Below, in pieces: positions 12,691-25,276 of a stretch of 52,152 bases of DNA (within the stretch, counting starts at the first letter, position 1; every line of letters starts with the position of its first letter). The stretch comes from Girardia tigrina (lineage: Eukaryota), in contig MQRK01233751.1 of the NCBI GenBank assembly GCA_001938485.1, forward strand, positions 7,110 through 59,261, written 5' to 3'. The translations under genes and the position numbers were made by a program. The notes below the pieces were generated by a model that was not told the origin of the DNA, searched no databases, and saw nothing but the letters and a program-made list of their open reading frames with translations.

Positions 12691-12762
12691 TCATTTTAAT
12701 ATAAATTTACAATTAAATAATTTAGTAAATTGTGATTTTTTGAACAAAAATGAACATAATAA

Positions 12763-12803
<41 letters not shown>

Positions 12804-12934
12804 AACGATGATTATATACAAACGAATAATAAGATCTTAAAATTAAGTTTAAAACAACACTCTCAACTAATTTGGTAGGAGTTTCCGATTATTTTTACGT
12901 AGTACATTTCATAATTGCCCATTTCACCAAAAAA

Positions 12935-12982
12935 ATAAGTGACCTGAAGATGACGCTAAAACTATCGAAAATAATAACTTAA
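12935..12982 (+). ncRNA. Degenerate minimal hammerhead ribozyme motif (Penelope-like element type)
   Basis: CTGAAGA-TGACGCTAAAACTATC-GAAA-ATAATA has the same spacing as the 48012 motif. Stem II is degraded. Confidence 0.4.
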
Positions 12983-14199
12983 AATATATTTTAAAATATC
13001 ATCTTGGTTTTTTTAAAAAAATTGCCGTTGTTTTTTACATTTACTTATAATTAAACAGAATAACTTTCTTCAATTGCTGATAAAATTTTCACAATATTTT
13101 TAACAATAATTTTGACAGGGGTTACACAAAGTTATTTTTATTTTGTTAATTTTAAATTAATTTTTATTTTATATTCGTTATTAAAACTGCTTTGAAAAAG
13201 TAATTAATTATCAAAAAATAACAAAATCAAAATGGTAGAATTATTTCCATGTGTTTTATTGGCACAATATTTATTATTTCTTCAAGTGACCTTTGAAAAG
13301 GACAACAAATTTCACTAATATAAATAAATATTTTAATAAAATTGAAATAAAATTATTATTCTTCTGTTTTGATCGACTCATTTTTCTTCTAAAATAATAT
13401 TTTAAATCAAAGGAATATTTTAAAATTCCAATTTAAAATATTTGATTATCATTCTAATTAATTTTAAAAATTTTCAATTTGATTTCAATTCCAAATAAAT
13501 TTTGAAATGTAATCAGCGAACTCAAATAACTAGCTCCCCGTGAACGAAATTATCTTAAATTTTCTACTTTTTATCCTAATTTAACTATCTTTTCAAATAC
13601 TGTTGCCATGAAAATATTTTCCCACGCGCATCATACAGATTTTTATGAAAAGAAAAAACCATATTGATCATAATCCATAATTGATGCTCATTGCAGATAA
13701 ATATTTAAAAATACAAATCTTTATTTAATTTTAGTAGTTTTTCTTAAAACAAAGTTTCTTACCGCACCGGAGGTATTCGCGCTCATGTGGGACATTTAAT
13801 CATTTAAGGAGCTTTCATCTTCATCATTCTTGGTTAGCGTCATATATGAAGTATCGATCTTCTAGAAATATTTTTCATGATTTGAGAATTTCTATTTTTG
13901 ATAATTTTGAGATTTTCCGAGTCTTTGTAAAGATTACGGTGTTCAGTACATTTATTTATCATATTCTTCGGTTATTTTTTTTGCATTTGTTCGTGATTTT
14001 CTTAATTTTTAAAATTAATGCTGAACCAATCGGTTTAGACAATATATGCAATTTAATTTATGTAAAATTTAATTCAACATATTTTAATTAAATGAAATGG
14101 TGACAGTGAATGGAATTAGATTAAATTCTTTCATTTTTAAGTAATTATCGTTGTGTAATCTTTTGGGAGAGGCAACATACAATATCACTTAATATAACA

Positions 14200-16050
14200 A
14201 ACTCACAAACACGTTTACATCTGATAGGTTTATCCACTTCAAATGACACTTTGGTTTAATTGTATTGTCGGTCCAGTATTGTCGTAAAGAGCGACTCAGA
14301 ATGCTTTCTTCACCGAAAGGGTCAGCTTAAATTACCTGGTGATGTGCGGTCTCCTGTCAATAATATCTAATAGTGGAGATTGTTTTCTCCTAAACGACCC
14401 TTTAAAAAATTAGGCAATAAGTGCAGAAAAAATTCGTCTGTTACAATCTATGCCTTCTTCATATTTAGATTCTTTAACAATAATAAATTTAAAACAAACG
14501 AATCGATTTTGAACAATGACCGGGAGAATAAGAACTCTGATCCATCAAACTCAACAAGAACCATCAATTTGTTGCACATTTCACAAATTAATAATAAGTT
14601 CAATATGGCACATATCAGGCTTCCAGGAACGAGATTATTAGCTGACGATAAGTTTATTGATAAACCCTGGATAATCGAACAAAAAAGCTCCTGATAAAAT
14701 CTTAAGCCCACGAAAACTTAAAAAACGTGCATATGACGAGTTTTGTTTGAATGAATTAATTGTTTCTGAGCGATTTGAATTTTTGTTAAAAGGAGTCGCC
14801 ATCGTTAATTTTTTTAAAAAAGGAAAAATAAATTTAATTGAAATCAGGAACGGCTTTGTTCTATTGTTCTTTTTTGCATTGTTAAAAGTCACAATAATAA
14901 ATACAACTGTCAACAATTCAGAAGTATATCAATATAAACAATTATTGCTTCGAAACTTTGTAATTTTTTGAAGAATCCATGGAACATTAAATAAATGTCC
15001 AAAACGTATCTCTCATAGTTAATCTGAACGAAACAATAAAAAATAATAAAACAGTAGTATAATTATTTGGTAGATAGATCTTATAGGATAATTTTATTCT
15101 TGGATTTGATCTATAATTTCCTAAAATTTTGATTAAAATGGTGAAAAATGGTCCAAGTCGATGAATTTTTGAACAAAAATTTGTTAAAATTTTATAAATT
15201 TAAACCACAGATATTTAGCGTTTGGTAGGGATTTCGGTAGATATTCGTTGTTGATGTTATACCGAAATACCGACATTTTATGGAATCCTTTTTCTCAGTC
15301 AAAGTTTCTAATATTTATTTTGATAGCAATTCTAAGTTTCAACGTGACGAATTACATGCATAGAACCCCTGTTTAGCTTATATACAAATCTCTAATCTCC
15401 CGATCACACCATGGTAAGGTGAAGGTACAATAATGTAGAAAATCTTTCACAGCATTGGCGTACTTGGTTGTGAGCAATAAACTCTGTATCATTTAGAAAT
15501 CATAAATAGACAATACAGAGCCTAATGTCAATTTTAAGATATGGGGAAACAACTGTTCAAATTCAAAATGGCTACAAAATATATTTTATTCAAATTCGAT
15601 AATAACCTTGAAATGGTGTCATTCGTCCATTGGCCCTAGCGGCAGTGATTATGCAATACTTTTTGTACTTTAATTTAACATTTTAGTAGTAATTTATTTT
15701 TAGTAGTCATAAGACTCATTTTAAAATATTTGTGTCTTAGCATTTTTTTAATATTTATTTAATCCATGTTATAAATTTGGGGTACCTTTTCATTCTTTTC
15801 CAGAATGCAGACTGACTAGCAATATATATAGGGTTCTACATATTGATATGACACTTAGGAGACCATCTTTTAATGATCTCATAATCTATCGCAGTCTAGT
15901 CGAATAAATAAACGATAATTATCACGAAATACAGACAATAGAAAATAAGTGACAATTTTTATTTTCAAACACAATACTATTTGCATGTTTGTCCTCACAA
16001 NNNNNNNNNNNNNNNNNNNNNNNNNNNNNNNNNNNNNNNNNNNNNNNNNN

Positions 16051-16094
<44 letters not shown>

Positions 16095-16370
16095 TTCTAC
16101 ATATTGATATGAAACTTAGGAGACCATCTTTTAATGGTCTCATAATCTATCGCAGTCTAGTCGAATAAATAAACGATAATTATCACGAAATACAGACAAT
16201 AGAAAATAAGTGACAATTTTTATTTTCAAACACAATAATATTTGCATGTTTGTCCTGACAAAAATGTTATTGAATATTATTGTCCTTGTTTGAAATGACA
16301 AAAACATCTTTGCTTAAGGTTTATTAGCTTTTATAAATGCGACCAAGGTGTTCTAGAATTTATATAATTA
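14200..16370. repeat. Repeated block D (unidentified degenerate sequence, probably coding)
   Basis: Parts recur at 19912-20025, 21125-21330, 25720-26395, 32020-32870, 33385-33500 and 34520-35825. Shared strings include gaattacatgcatagaa.ccctgtttag, aactctgtatcatttaga and acttaggagaccatcttttaat. Confidence 0.8.
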
Positions 16371-16394
16371 ATACACAATTATAATTATTTGTCT

Positions 16395-18112
16395 TCATTC
16401 TCTTACCGGTTTTCCTTCATTCGGCTGATTTTCTCCATAGATCATCACAAAAAACTGAGGGACATCATCAGCTGGTTGATGGTATAATTGATCCTATCCC
16501 TCGAGGTGTCATCTGAAGTCATGAGAGATCATCACATATTTGGTGGTACTGAACCAAATTAATTTATCCATTGTATTCTGGAGGCGATCGACGCTGAATT
16601 GCGCTATCTTTGTGACGTTCCCCATTGCCATTTTGCTGGCCTCAACGGAACGTTAAGTTCGTTTTCTTTATAGAATTGTAATAAAAGTTCCTTGTGCGGA
16701 ACACTCGTACTGTCACGCCTGCAATGATATACATTATATATGCGACACAAAAAATCAAATAATAATCATTAGTTGTGCCGCGCCATTCTGCAGTTCAGGT
16801 AGTTTCTGAACTGCCAGGTCCCACTGCAGTTCGATTTGGAAACTTTGCAATCTGCTGACCGTCTGTTGAAATTAGAGAAATCGATTTTGATAATTTGATG
16901 ATAAAATATACTTGGACTTACTTCCAATCTGCTGTTCCTTATTATAATTGTCGTAGATATTCTTCGCCAGTTTTCTTTTTATTTCTAGCATTGTAACTTC
17001 CAGGTCAATCGAATGCAGTTTGCCTAATGCCGATGTAATTCGATCTCGGCATTTCACGACTCTGCACATTTATTCGTTAAAGGAACATTGAAGGAATCAA
17101 AATTTAACATGTCATATGAAGGCAGTGGATTTGGTTGTTCCAACTGCCCTGCATTGTGTTCCGTTTCCCCGGTCTAAAATTAAATACAAATTAAAATACA
17201 AATATTAGTAATCGAGAAAATATTTACTTCGATGAAGATATAATGCGCATTAAATTTACGGAAGATCATTTATGCCATTATCTCAACACCCTAGTATATT
17301 TGGTAGACTTAAAAAGTGCATCTCTCTATCGCGCATCTGGAATCATAAGACAAGTCGCGTATTCGCTGACACTGGAATCAAATCAATTTACCAATTTTAA
17401 CTACTTTAATCCCGTATCTGCACAAGGACGCGATTGTGGACATGACTGTCATTCACAATTCAATGCGCTGATCATCACTCTTGTTGGCAAAATGTTCCTC
17501 AATTTCTGTCTTCTGGGGTATTTCCTTGTTGGCGAGCCTGTAAATAAATTGGCAATTTGTACCACACAAACACATTATTCGACACTCACATTTCTTTGAA
17601 TCGCTCCTCATACGTCTGGAATAATTCGTATTAATTTCAATTAGATGGTGAAGTGATCATTATTACCTTCTCTTGTCCGTTTAATTGAAACAGCCTCTCA
17701 CTGATCAAGTCGTACTGTATTTCGTTTTTGAATTTGTCGGCGATAATCTCTTCGTTTGTTGAAGAAAATGATATTTTATGGTGACATATACGTGAATCTA
17801 CTTCCCGACAATGTTTCATTAATGTACGTCTCCGAAAGTTTGCCTCTCCTTTTTTGCAACTCACGGATTGCCTTCACTTTATTGTTACGGTTTAAAAATA
17901 TCAAATATAGCGCTTTCAATTCCTGATTTTGCGGCCTCTACCCTGCACATTTATTCTTTAAAAATAATTCAGGTAAACTAAGCTAACATTTGCAATTCTT
18001 TAATTTTCTTTGGCTTCTTTCGCTTCTTCTTGTTCTGTACCTCTTCAGTCTTATTTTCAAAACCTTGATTATTCGTGCTTTCATCAAATGGATTATTTTC
18101 CTTTTCCCCAGG
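16395..18112 (-). pseudogene. Unknown module gene, copy C, with two tandem diverged modules
   Basis: Module 1 (18112-17230) and module 2 (17173-16395) share exon order and intron boundaries (at|gtta..gtgcag; ttccag|acgta; aaat|gtgagtg; g|gtaaattga). They are joined by a GT-AG intron at ~17174-17227. Stops, frameshifts and a deleted micro-exon in module 2. Confidence 0.7.
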
Positions 18113-18504
18113 CTAAAATCAAATGCAAATTAGAATTTGGCAATATAAAAAAAAACAATTTAAACCATGCCGAATTAAAAAAATAAAACAATTTTATTTG
18201 ATAATATATGAACAAATATAAATTATTTTAGTTTAATAACAATTTTAATTTAGGGTTTTAAACATAAAAACAAAACTTGAATTTCTTTATATCTTCTATT
18301 GTTTTGCTCAATCATTTTTAATAAAATGCCAAGTTTATATTTTACTTATATAATTCTAAGTGTTTCCATTTTTTCTTATTGAGTATATATAATAATATAT
18401 AATATATATAATATACATAAATTATAGATATATAATTAATTAATTAATTAATAATCATAAATTAATTAATAAATAATAACAAATTAATTCAGTCGATGGT
18501 CTCA

Positions 18505-18875
18505 CCTCTGTACGAGTTTTATTCAAAATTATTGCGCGAGCAATGGGAATTTTTCGCTTGCCCTTATTCCACTGCTCTAACACCTTTTTCCAATTGGGCA
18601 AATCTTTAAATTTATGGCGATATTTGTCAAAAACTGTAAAGAAAATAAATTTCGATTAATGTAAATTAATTAAGCTTACATTGTCTTCCAAAGTCCTCTA
18701 GTTTGATGTCTGGTATTTTATAATAATTTGTCAAGGACCATAACATCGTTTCTATAATGGCATAAATACTCCCTTTCTATTTTTTATTTGGTTGATAACG
18801 TCTACAAAAGAATTCGAATAATTAAAAAACACGAATGAACCCTAAAAAACTTACTGATATAATACTTCCAGAATT
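18505..18875 (-). pseudogene. DCP2: DCP2-like Box A fragment
   Basis: Homologous to 12311-12690. Exon 3 reads WKKVLEQWNKGKRKIPIARAIILNKTRTE (cf. DCP2 [25 protein letters not shown]). Confidence 0.7.
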
Positions 18876-18983
18876 TTATTATCAATTTTTTTCAATTGTA
18901 AAGACATTTTAAATTTTAAATTCAGTAAAATTAATTATGATTATTTAAACAAATGTTTTATTAAGAAATTTAAAAAATAACTA

Positions 18984-19028
<45 letters not shown>

Positions 19029-19121
19029 ANNNNNNNNNNNNNNNNNNNNNNNNNNNNNNNNNNNNNNNNNNNNNNNNNNNNNNNNNNNNNNNNNNNNNNN
19101 NNNNNNNNNNNNNNNNNNNNN

Positions 19122-19156
<35 letters not shown>

Positions 19157-19222
19157 GTACATAAATTATAGATATATAATTAATTAATTAATTAATAAAC
19201 ATAACAAATTAATTCAGTCGAT

Positions 19223-19580
19223 GGTCTCACCTCTGTACGAGTTTTATTTAAAATTATTGCGCGAGCAGTGGGAGTTTTTCGTTTGTCCTTATTCCACTGC
19301 TCTAACACCTTTTTCCAATTGGGCAAATCTTTTATGGCCATATTTGTCAAAAACTGTAATGAAAATAATTTTCGCTTAATGTAAATAATTTTACGCTTAC
19401 ATTCACTTCTAAAATTCTCTAGTTCGATGATTGAGGAATTCTCTTTCTCTACATAATTGTCGGCATAAATACCACCACATTGTTTCTATTATGGCACTAA
19501 GTTTTTCCAAATTTTGTTTATCTGGTTGATGACGTATACAAAAAATTATAATAATGAAAAAGCACGAAGGAACCTTAAAA
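19223..19580 (-). pseudogene. DCP2: DCP2-like Box A fragment
   Basis: RHQPDKQNLEKLSAIIETMWWY, plus an exon 3 nearly identical to the 18505 copy. Frameshifted. Confidence 0.7.
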
Positions 19581-19870
19581 AAACTGGATTCTCCAAAGAA
19601 ATTTTCCATTTTTCAAAGGTATATTGATATTTCGGAGCNNNNNNNNNNNNNNNNNNNNNNNNNNNNNNNNNNNNNNNNNNNNNNNNNNNNNNNNNNNNNN
19701 NNNNNNNNNNNNNNNNNNNNNNNNNNNNNNNNNNNNNNNNNNNNNNNNNNNNNNNNNNNNNNNNNNNNNNNNNNNNNNNNNNNNNNNNNNNNNNNNNNNN
19801 NNNNNNNNNNNNNNNNNNNNNNNNNNNNNNNNNNNNNNNNNNNNNNNNNNNNNNNNNNNNNNNNNNNNNN

Positions 19871-19911
<41 letters not shown>

Positions 19912-20637
19912 TGAACAATGATCGGGAGAATAAGAACTCGGATCCATCGAAACTCAACAAAAACCATCAATTTGGTTCAGATTTCACAAATTAATATTAA
20001 GTTCAAAATGGCACATATCAGGCTAAGTTTAACTAAATGAGTTTTAACTAAATTAGCTTCTTTTTCGTGTTCTTTATCTTCTCTCCATAGAGTTGCTGTC
20101 AATTATTTGTGATTATTTCATCTTTCGATGGCGCAATTTATATTGTTGATTCCAAAATACATGGTGTTGAAAGAGTATTTAGTGTCTTTCATGTTCTTTC
20201 AAAGGTTTATTAATATTTCGGAGCTAATTGTAGTTCTTTAAATCGTTTGGTCATTTCACTTTCACCGAATTTCCATCACTGAATTGAGGTTTCGCTTTAG
20301 TATCTATGTACTAAGTACTTAAATTTAAAGTTTATTTTCCTCTCCTAGTCGTCTATCTGGTCATCTACCTTTGTTGCTTTGGTATTTATTTCAAGTAAGT
20401 TATTATTGTCCTATTATCATTAATATCTTTATTGGAAGAATTTTCAATTATACTTGACCATAATTGAAAACGAGATCTCGATTTCTATTTTTGAAAATGT
20501 TTATTTTGGGTCATGTAAGTACAAGTGAGCTTGTTTGTCATTGGTTTGTAAACTGTATGAAGTGTAATTTGTGAGAGGATTTTTTTGTGATACATGACAA
20601 AAGATAATTGAATGTTTTGTTAATAAAATTTTCCTAA

Positions 20638-20840
20638 TTGCGCGACTTGTTGAGCGTCTGCACCGACCAGGAGTGTCGCATCAAGCTGTGCTTGGTGCTG
20701 GCTTACGCGAGGGACAGCCTGTACCAAGTTATCAAATACATACAGCACGATATCCACAAGTTAGTGTGCCAGATCCTACAATCCTCCGGCGGCGGCAACG
20801 CCGAGATCCTGATCTCGTCGATCCGGATCATCAGACTTAT
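20638..20840 (+). pseudogene. GC-rich coding-like fragment, possibly ARM/HEAT-repeat
   Basis: Abrupt ~200-bp GC-rich island with a G/C-ending codon frame LRDLLSVCTDQECRIKLCLVLAYARDSLYQVIKYIQHDIHKLVCQILQSSGGGNAEILISSIRII. The ARM call rests on pattern only. Confidence 0.35.
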
Positions 20841-20884
20841 TATTATTACAAAATGAACTTATTGAACTGTTTGAAATGAATAAT

Positions 20885-21542
20885 GAAGTATTTCTATTCT
20901 ATCCCCCCTCTCAAGAATCTTGCGCGCGTCCATATATTATCAATATTATTTTATGATTTCAATAAATTTTACCTCGATAAATTTCCATTCTTTCTCGTTA
21001 ACAATTGGCGTATTCTCCCAATTGATTCCTTCCATCGCATGTTCCAATGCCGCTTTCTTATCGCCATTGTTTATTTCCAGTGCCGTGACCCATCTCTTGT
21101 CGAAAAAAAATTGAAAAAAAAGTTAAAAAGTTAATTAAAAGTCAAAATAATAAATACAACTGACAACAATTGATTGGTGGGGGTGCAAAAGAAACCCCAG
21201 CCAAATTCATCATTTATCAAATTTCGATTTAAATAGTATTTTTCAGTTGTTTCAGGCACTAAGGAATGGCTTTGTTATATTGTTCGATTATTAAAAATCA
21301 AAATAATTAATACAACTGACAACAATTGATTAAAACAAATGTTGGGATGGGATTTCTTTTGCAAAAGAAACCCCAGCCTCTACAAACTCCTTAATTATGC
21401 TGGTATCACAAGACTGGATACCAAAATTTTGGATACTAAATTCACGTGATTCGCTTAACAAAGCGAATGGCGTTAAACGCATGCATTAGATGACGACGTT
21501 CCTGCCCTTCTTACATCTTATCCCTATTTACAAACACATCGG

Positions 21543-21587
<45 letters not shown>

Positions 21588-23011
21588 NNNNNNNNNNNNN
21601 NNNNNNNNNNNNNNNNNNNNNNNNNNNNNNNNNNNNNNNNNNNNNNNNNNNNNNNNNNNNNNNNNNNNNNNNNNNNNNNNNNNNNNNNNNNNNNNNNNNN
21701 NNNNNNNNNNNNNNNNNNNNNNNNNNNNNNNNNNNNNNNNNNNNNNNNNNNNNNNNNNNNNNNNNNNNNNNNNNNNNNNNNNNNNNNNNNNNNNNNNNNN
21801 NNNNNNNNNNNNNNNNNNNNNNNNNNNNNNNNNNNNNNNNNNNNNNNNNNNNNNNNNNNNNNNNNNNNNNNNNNNNNNNNNNNNNNNNNNNNNNNNNNNN
21901 NNNNNNNNNATGTTACCTCGATAAATTTCCATTCTTTCTTGTTTTGTGTATTATTACAATCGATTCCTTCTGTCGCTTGTTTCAATGCTTTTTCCTTATT
22001 ACCTTTGTTTCTTTCCAGTTGCTTGACCCATCTCTTGACGATCCTAAATGCGAATATCGTTACACAAAAATTATAAGACAGTGCTATCTTTAAACTGACC
22101 TGGTCAACGGAATCGAATACAAGAAATCCCATTTGTTCATTTTTTACAATCATTAAAATTATATGACCTTTCTCTTGTTGAAGTATTTTTATTCTACCCC
22201 CGTCAAAAATCTTGCGGCGTCCATATATCATCAATATTATTTTGAAATTACAATTATTAATTTTTACCACGATAAATTTCCATTTGTTCTTGTTATCAAT
22301 TGGCTTAAACATAAATAACAAGAAAAAATAAATAAACAAATAAGTTCATTAAAAGTATATGATCTTTTTGTTATTGAAGCATTTTTATTCTACCCCCCTC
22401 AAGAATCTTGCGGGCCTCCATATATTATGAATATTATTTTGAGATTTCAATGAATAAATGTTACCTCGATAAATTTTCATTCTTTCTTATTTTAAATATG
22501 AGTATTCTCCTAATTGATTCCTTCCATCGCAGATGCCAATGCTGCTTTCTTATCGCATTGGTTCTCCAGTTCCTTGACCCATCTCTTGACGATCCTAATA
22601 GGGAATAGTTACGAAAAATTATGAGTTAGTGTTATCATTAAACTGACTTGGTCAACGGAATCCCATATACGAAATCATTGCGGTTGCTGTTTCTATCACA
22701 GTCCTCAATTGATTCCGTCAAATCTATCAATTTAAACCACCCGATCAACTGAATAATAAGATGTCGTTGGTGATGTGAATAACAATCGAGGTAACGCTCA
22801 TCGACCCCTTGACAAAATATTTTAAATACTAAGATTAAAGTTAATTTCGGATAGTAAATAAAAGAAAAGAGCAATTGTTTTTATTTATAGTTAGAGTCAG
22901 CATTCAATCCATGGGTGTCACGTTGTAAACGTCATTTATTAAGGCACAAGAAAATTTTTTGAGAACTTTTGGTAAAGAAATCTATTTCACAAATTCCATG
23001 GGTTTCAATAT

Positions 23012-23057
<46 letters not shown>

Positions 23058-23240
23058 CAATACAATTTATTATTATTATTATTTTGAAATTTCAATTAAT
23101 AAATTTTACCACGATAAATTTCCATTTTTCTTGTTATCAATTATCAATCTCCGAATTGATATCTTTCAGCACGGATGCTAATTCTGCTTTTTTATCGCCA
23201 TTAATTCTCAATTCCTCGACCCATTTCTTGACGATAATAA
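20885..23240 (-). pseudogene. DCP2: Tandem array of five DCP2-like Box B/C-terminal cassettes
   Basis: Units at ~20885-21100, 21915-22120, 22175-22290, 22370-22747 and 23095-23240. The best unit splices to LIGWFKLIDLTESIEDCDRNSNRNDFVYGIPLTK|IVKRWVKELE, matching DCP2 NIEWFSIEKL...KFFMAIPFIRPLRDWL. Confidence 0.7.
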
Positions 23241-23270
23241 ATGCGAATATTAATACACAAAAATTATCGA

Positions 23271-23300
23271 CCCTAACCCTAACCCTAATTTTAACCCTAA
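23271..23300. repeat. Interstitial telomere-like (CCCTAA)3+1
   Basis: ccctaaccctaaccctaattttaaccctaa. A shorter tract lies at ~29108-29124. Confidence 0.7.
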
Positions 23301-23794
23301 ATTTAAAGTTGATATTGTTAAATTCTAATTTGCATTTGATTTTAGCCTGGGGAAAAGGAAAATAATCCATTTGATGAAAGCACGAATAATCAAGGTTTTA
23401 AAAATAAGTTGATGTGGGTCAACCAGCGCAGTATTGTATTCGTGAATTCTCGTCAATCCTTGTCATTAACAATCGTTCTTTAAGTTTACTTTTGTGCTGT
23501 CAATGAAATAAATGAGTTCAGTATTCTTTTCATTAGCATTAAGTTTCTTCAAAAAATTAAAATAAATATTTTTCATTGTATTTTTATACTATTTTATACA
23601 ATTCCATTCGAAAGTGTCCATTATCAAGTAGTATGACGAATTTTCTTGGTAATTGATACCAAAAGATGATACCAAAGCTCTCTTGATACCATAAGAAATC
23701 CCCCTCACACACCCCTAATTTATTTTAAATCAACGCTAAACATTGTGGGATTGGTTGTTACTATTTATAGAGACAGAACTTATATATGGGGAGT

Positions 23795-24230
23795 GGGGAG
23801 TTGGTCCCTGCCATGAACTTCAATTGTTATAAATAAATCTTCTGATATTTTTTCCTTAATGTCAACACCTATTTCCTCCACCACTTCACGCCTTATGCAA
23901 TCAGTTGCCGTCTCATTCTTCTCACGTTTACCTCCTGGAATTCCCACCGTGTTGACCGGTATCCTTTTACCATTAGCACCTGTGATAAAAGGTCTTTAAT
24001 GGTCTTTGTAGTAACATAATGTCGATTCTAGTATTGATGTGCTCATATATAGGATTTATTTAAATTTAATTAATTAAAATTATAAACTTATTCTTATTCT
24101 TATATTGTGTACCAAACTACTATAGTTCGATGTCTGGTACATTCGCTTAATGGTCTTTGTGGTACAATAACTTAAATTCTAGTTTAGCAGCAATTATTCC
24201 TTTATTTTTGTCTGGTTGATATCGTCTAGA
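23795..24230 (-). pseudogene. DCP2: DCP2-like degenerate Box A exon plus Nudix exon
   Basis: cag|VLMVKGYRSTRWEF(fs)GGKREKNETATDCIRREVVEEIGVDIKEKISEDLFITIEVHGRDQ at 23980-23795 (cf. DCP2 VLLVQGY..SGWGFPKGK..E...DCAAREVFEETGFDIKD). RYQPDKN exon at ~24225. Confidence 0.8.
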
Positions 24231-24931
24231 AAAAATTCGAACTTCCGGAGGTTCTCGTTTTTTTCGAAATCCATTTTTGACTCCGGCAAATCACATATAG
24301 GGAACCACATGATCATCTGAATAATTTAATGTCAATGGTGAATATCAATCGAGGTAACCCTCATGAACCCCTTGACACTATATTTGAAATACCAAGATTA
24401 AAGTTAATTTGGGATAATAAATAAAACAAATGAGGAATTGTTGTCATTTATTGTTAGAATCAGCATCCAATCCGTGGACGTCACGTTAAATATATCATTT
24501 ATTAAGGTTTTAAAGTTTTCGGGAACGTTTATTAAAGAAATCTATTTCACAAATGCCATGGTCTTCTATACCTTTACAAATACAAATGGAGATAGAACAA
24601 ATTCCAATCGAATGATACAAATGTGTGAAATAGGAAAGGAAGAAACGTTTAAAGACTAAATAAAATTGAAAACAGTCATACTTCTTCCATTAAAGCACGG
24701 CAATGAGTGTTATTTGTCATTAATATAACTTTAAGTTGGTGCATGTTGGGAGTTTCAAACACCGAGTGTTATTTAAACCACTATATATAAGCGAGAACAT
24801 TCGTAAAGAAATGTGTAGACTCAAAATTCACTTTAAATATTAATTTTATTAAAGAAGAATTTTGATACCAATAAGTTATAATTTATTCATTACAATCATG
24901 TTTGTCAATGAGGGCGGGCTGTATTTTATAT

Positions 24932-25276
24932 CTACATTACACTAAATAATATTTTAAAAAGTTGTTTGAAGGGTTCAATCAAAATTAAAATACTACATAA
25001 ACATACATCGATCTCTTGTTTTGCGAATGGATGGAACGACGTACTGCAATCGACTTGATCAATAATAAAATAGTGATCATGACGACCATCAACTTCAATT
25101 GTTATTTTTAAATCCTTTGACATTTTTTCCAAAATATCAAGTCCAATTTCTTCTACGACTTCCCGTCGAAGGCAATGGTCGGGAAGCTCATCCTTCTCCA
25201 TTTTCCCTCCCGGGAATTTCCAACGTGTGGAAAGGAATCCATTGATCATTCTTAAATCGTCTGATATTTTTTCCAT
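24932..25276 (-). pseudogene. DCP2: DCP2-like Nudix exon (open frame)
   Basis: STRWKFPGGKMEKDELPDHCLRREVVEEIGLDILEKMSKDLKITIEVDGRHDHYFIIDQVDCSTSFHPFAKQEID, then a gtatgt donor at ~25005. Paralogue of 7060-7340. Confidence 0.8.

Noticed and set aside
15830-16262. Duplicated sequence on both sides of N gaps (also 50651-50840, 51808-51968 and 18400-19420)
   Set aside because: Most simply explained by unmerged contig overlaps or haplotypes, so not counted as biological tandem repeats. The 18505 and 19223 Box A copies may be affected.
16815-16850. Module peptide FQIELQWDL resembling DCP2 Box A FQIELAHW
   Set aside because: It is not conserved in other module copies (FEYEVQWDL, FKNEIQYDL), so likely coincidence.
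9815-23240. Alternative genetic code or programmed gene unscrambling as the explanation for stops and disorder
   Set aside because: Stops are of all three types, align to different sense codons in paralogues, and co-occur with frameshifts. No pointer repeats were noticed.
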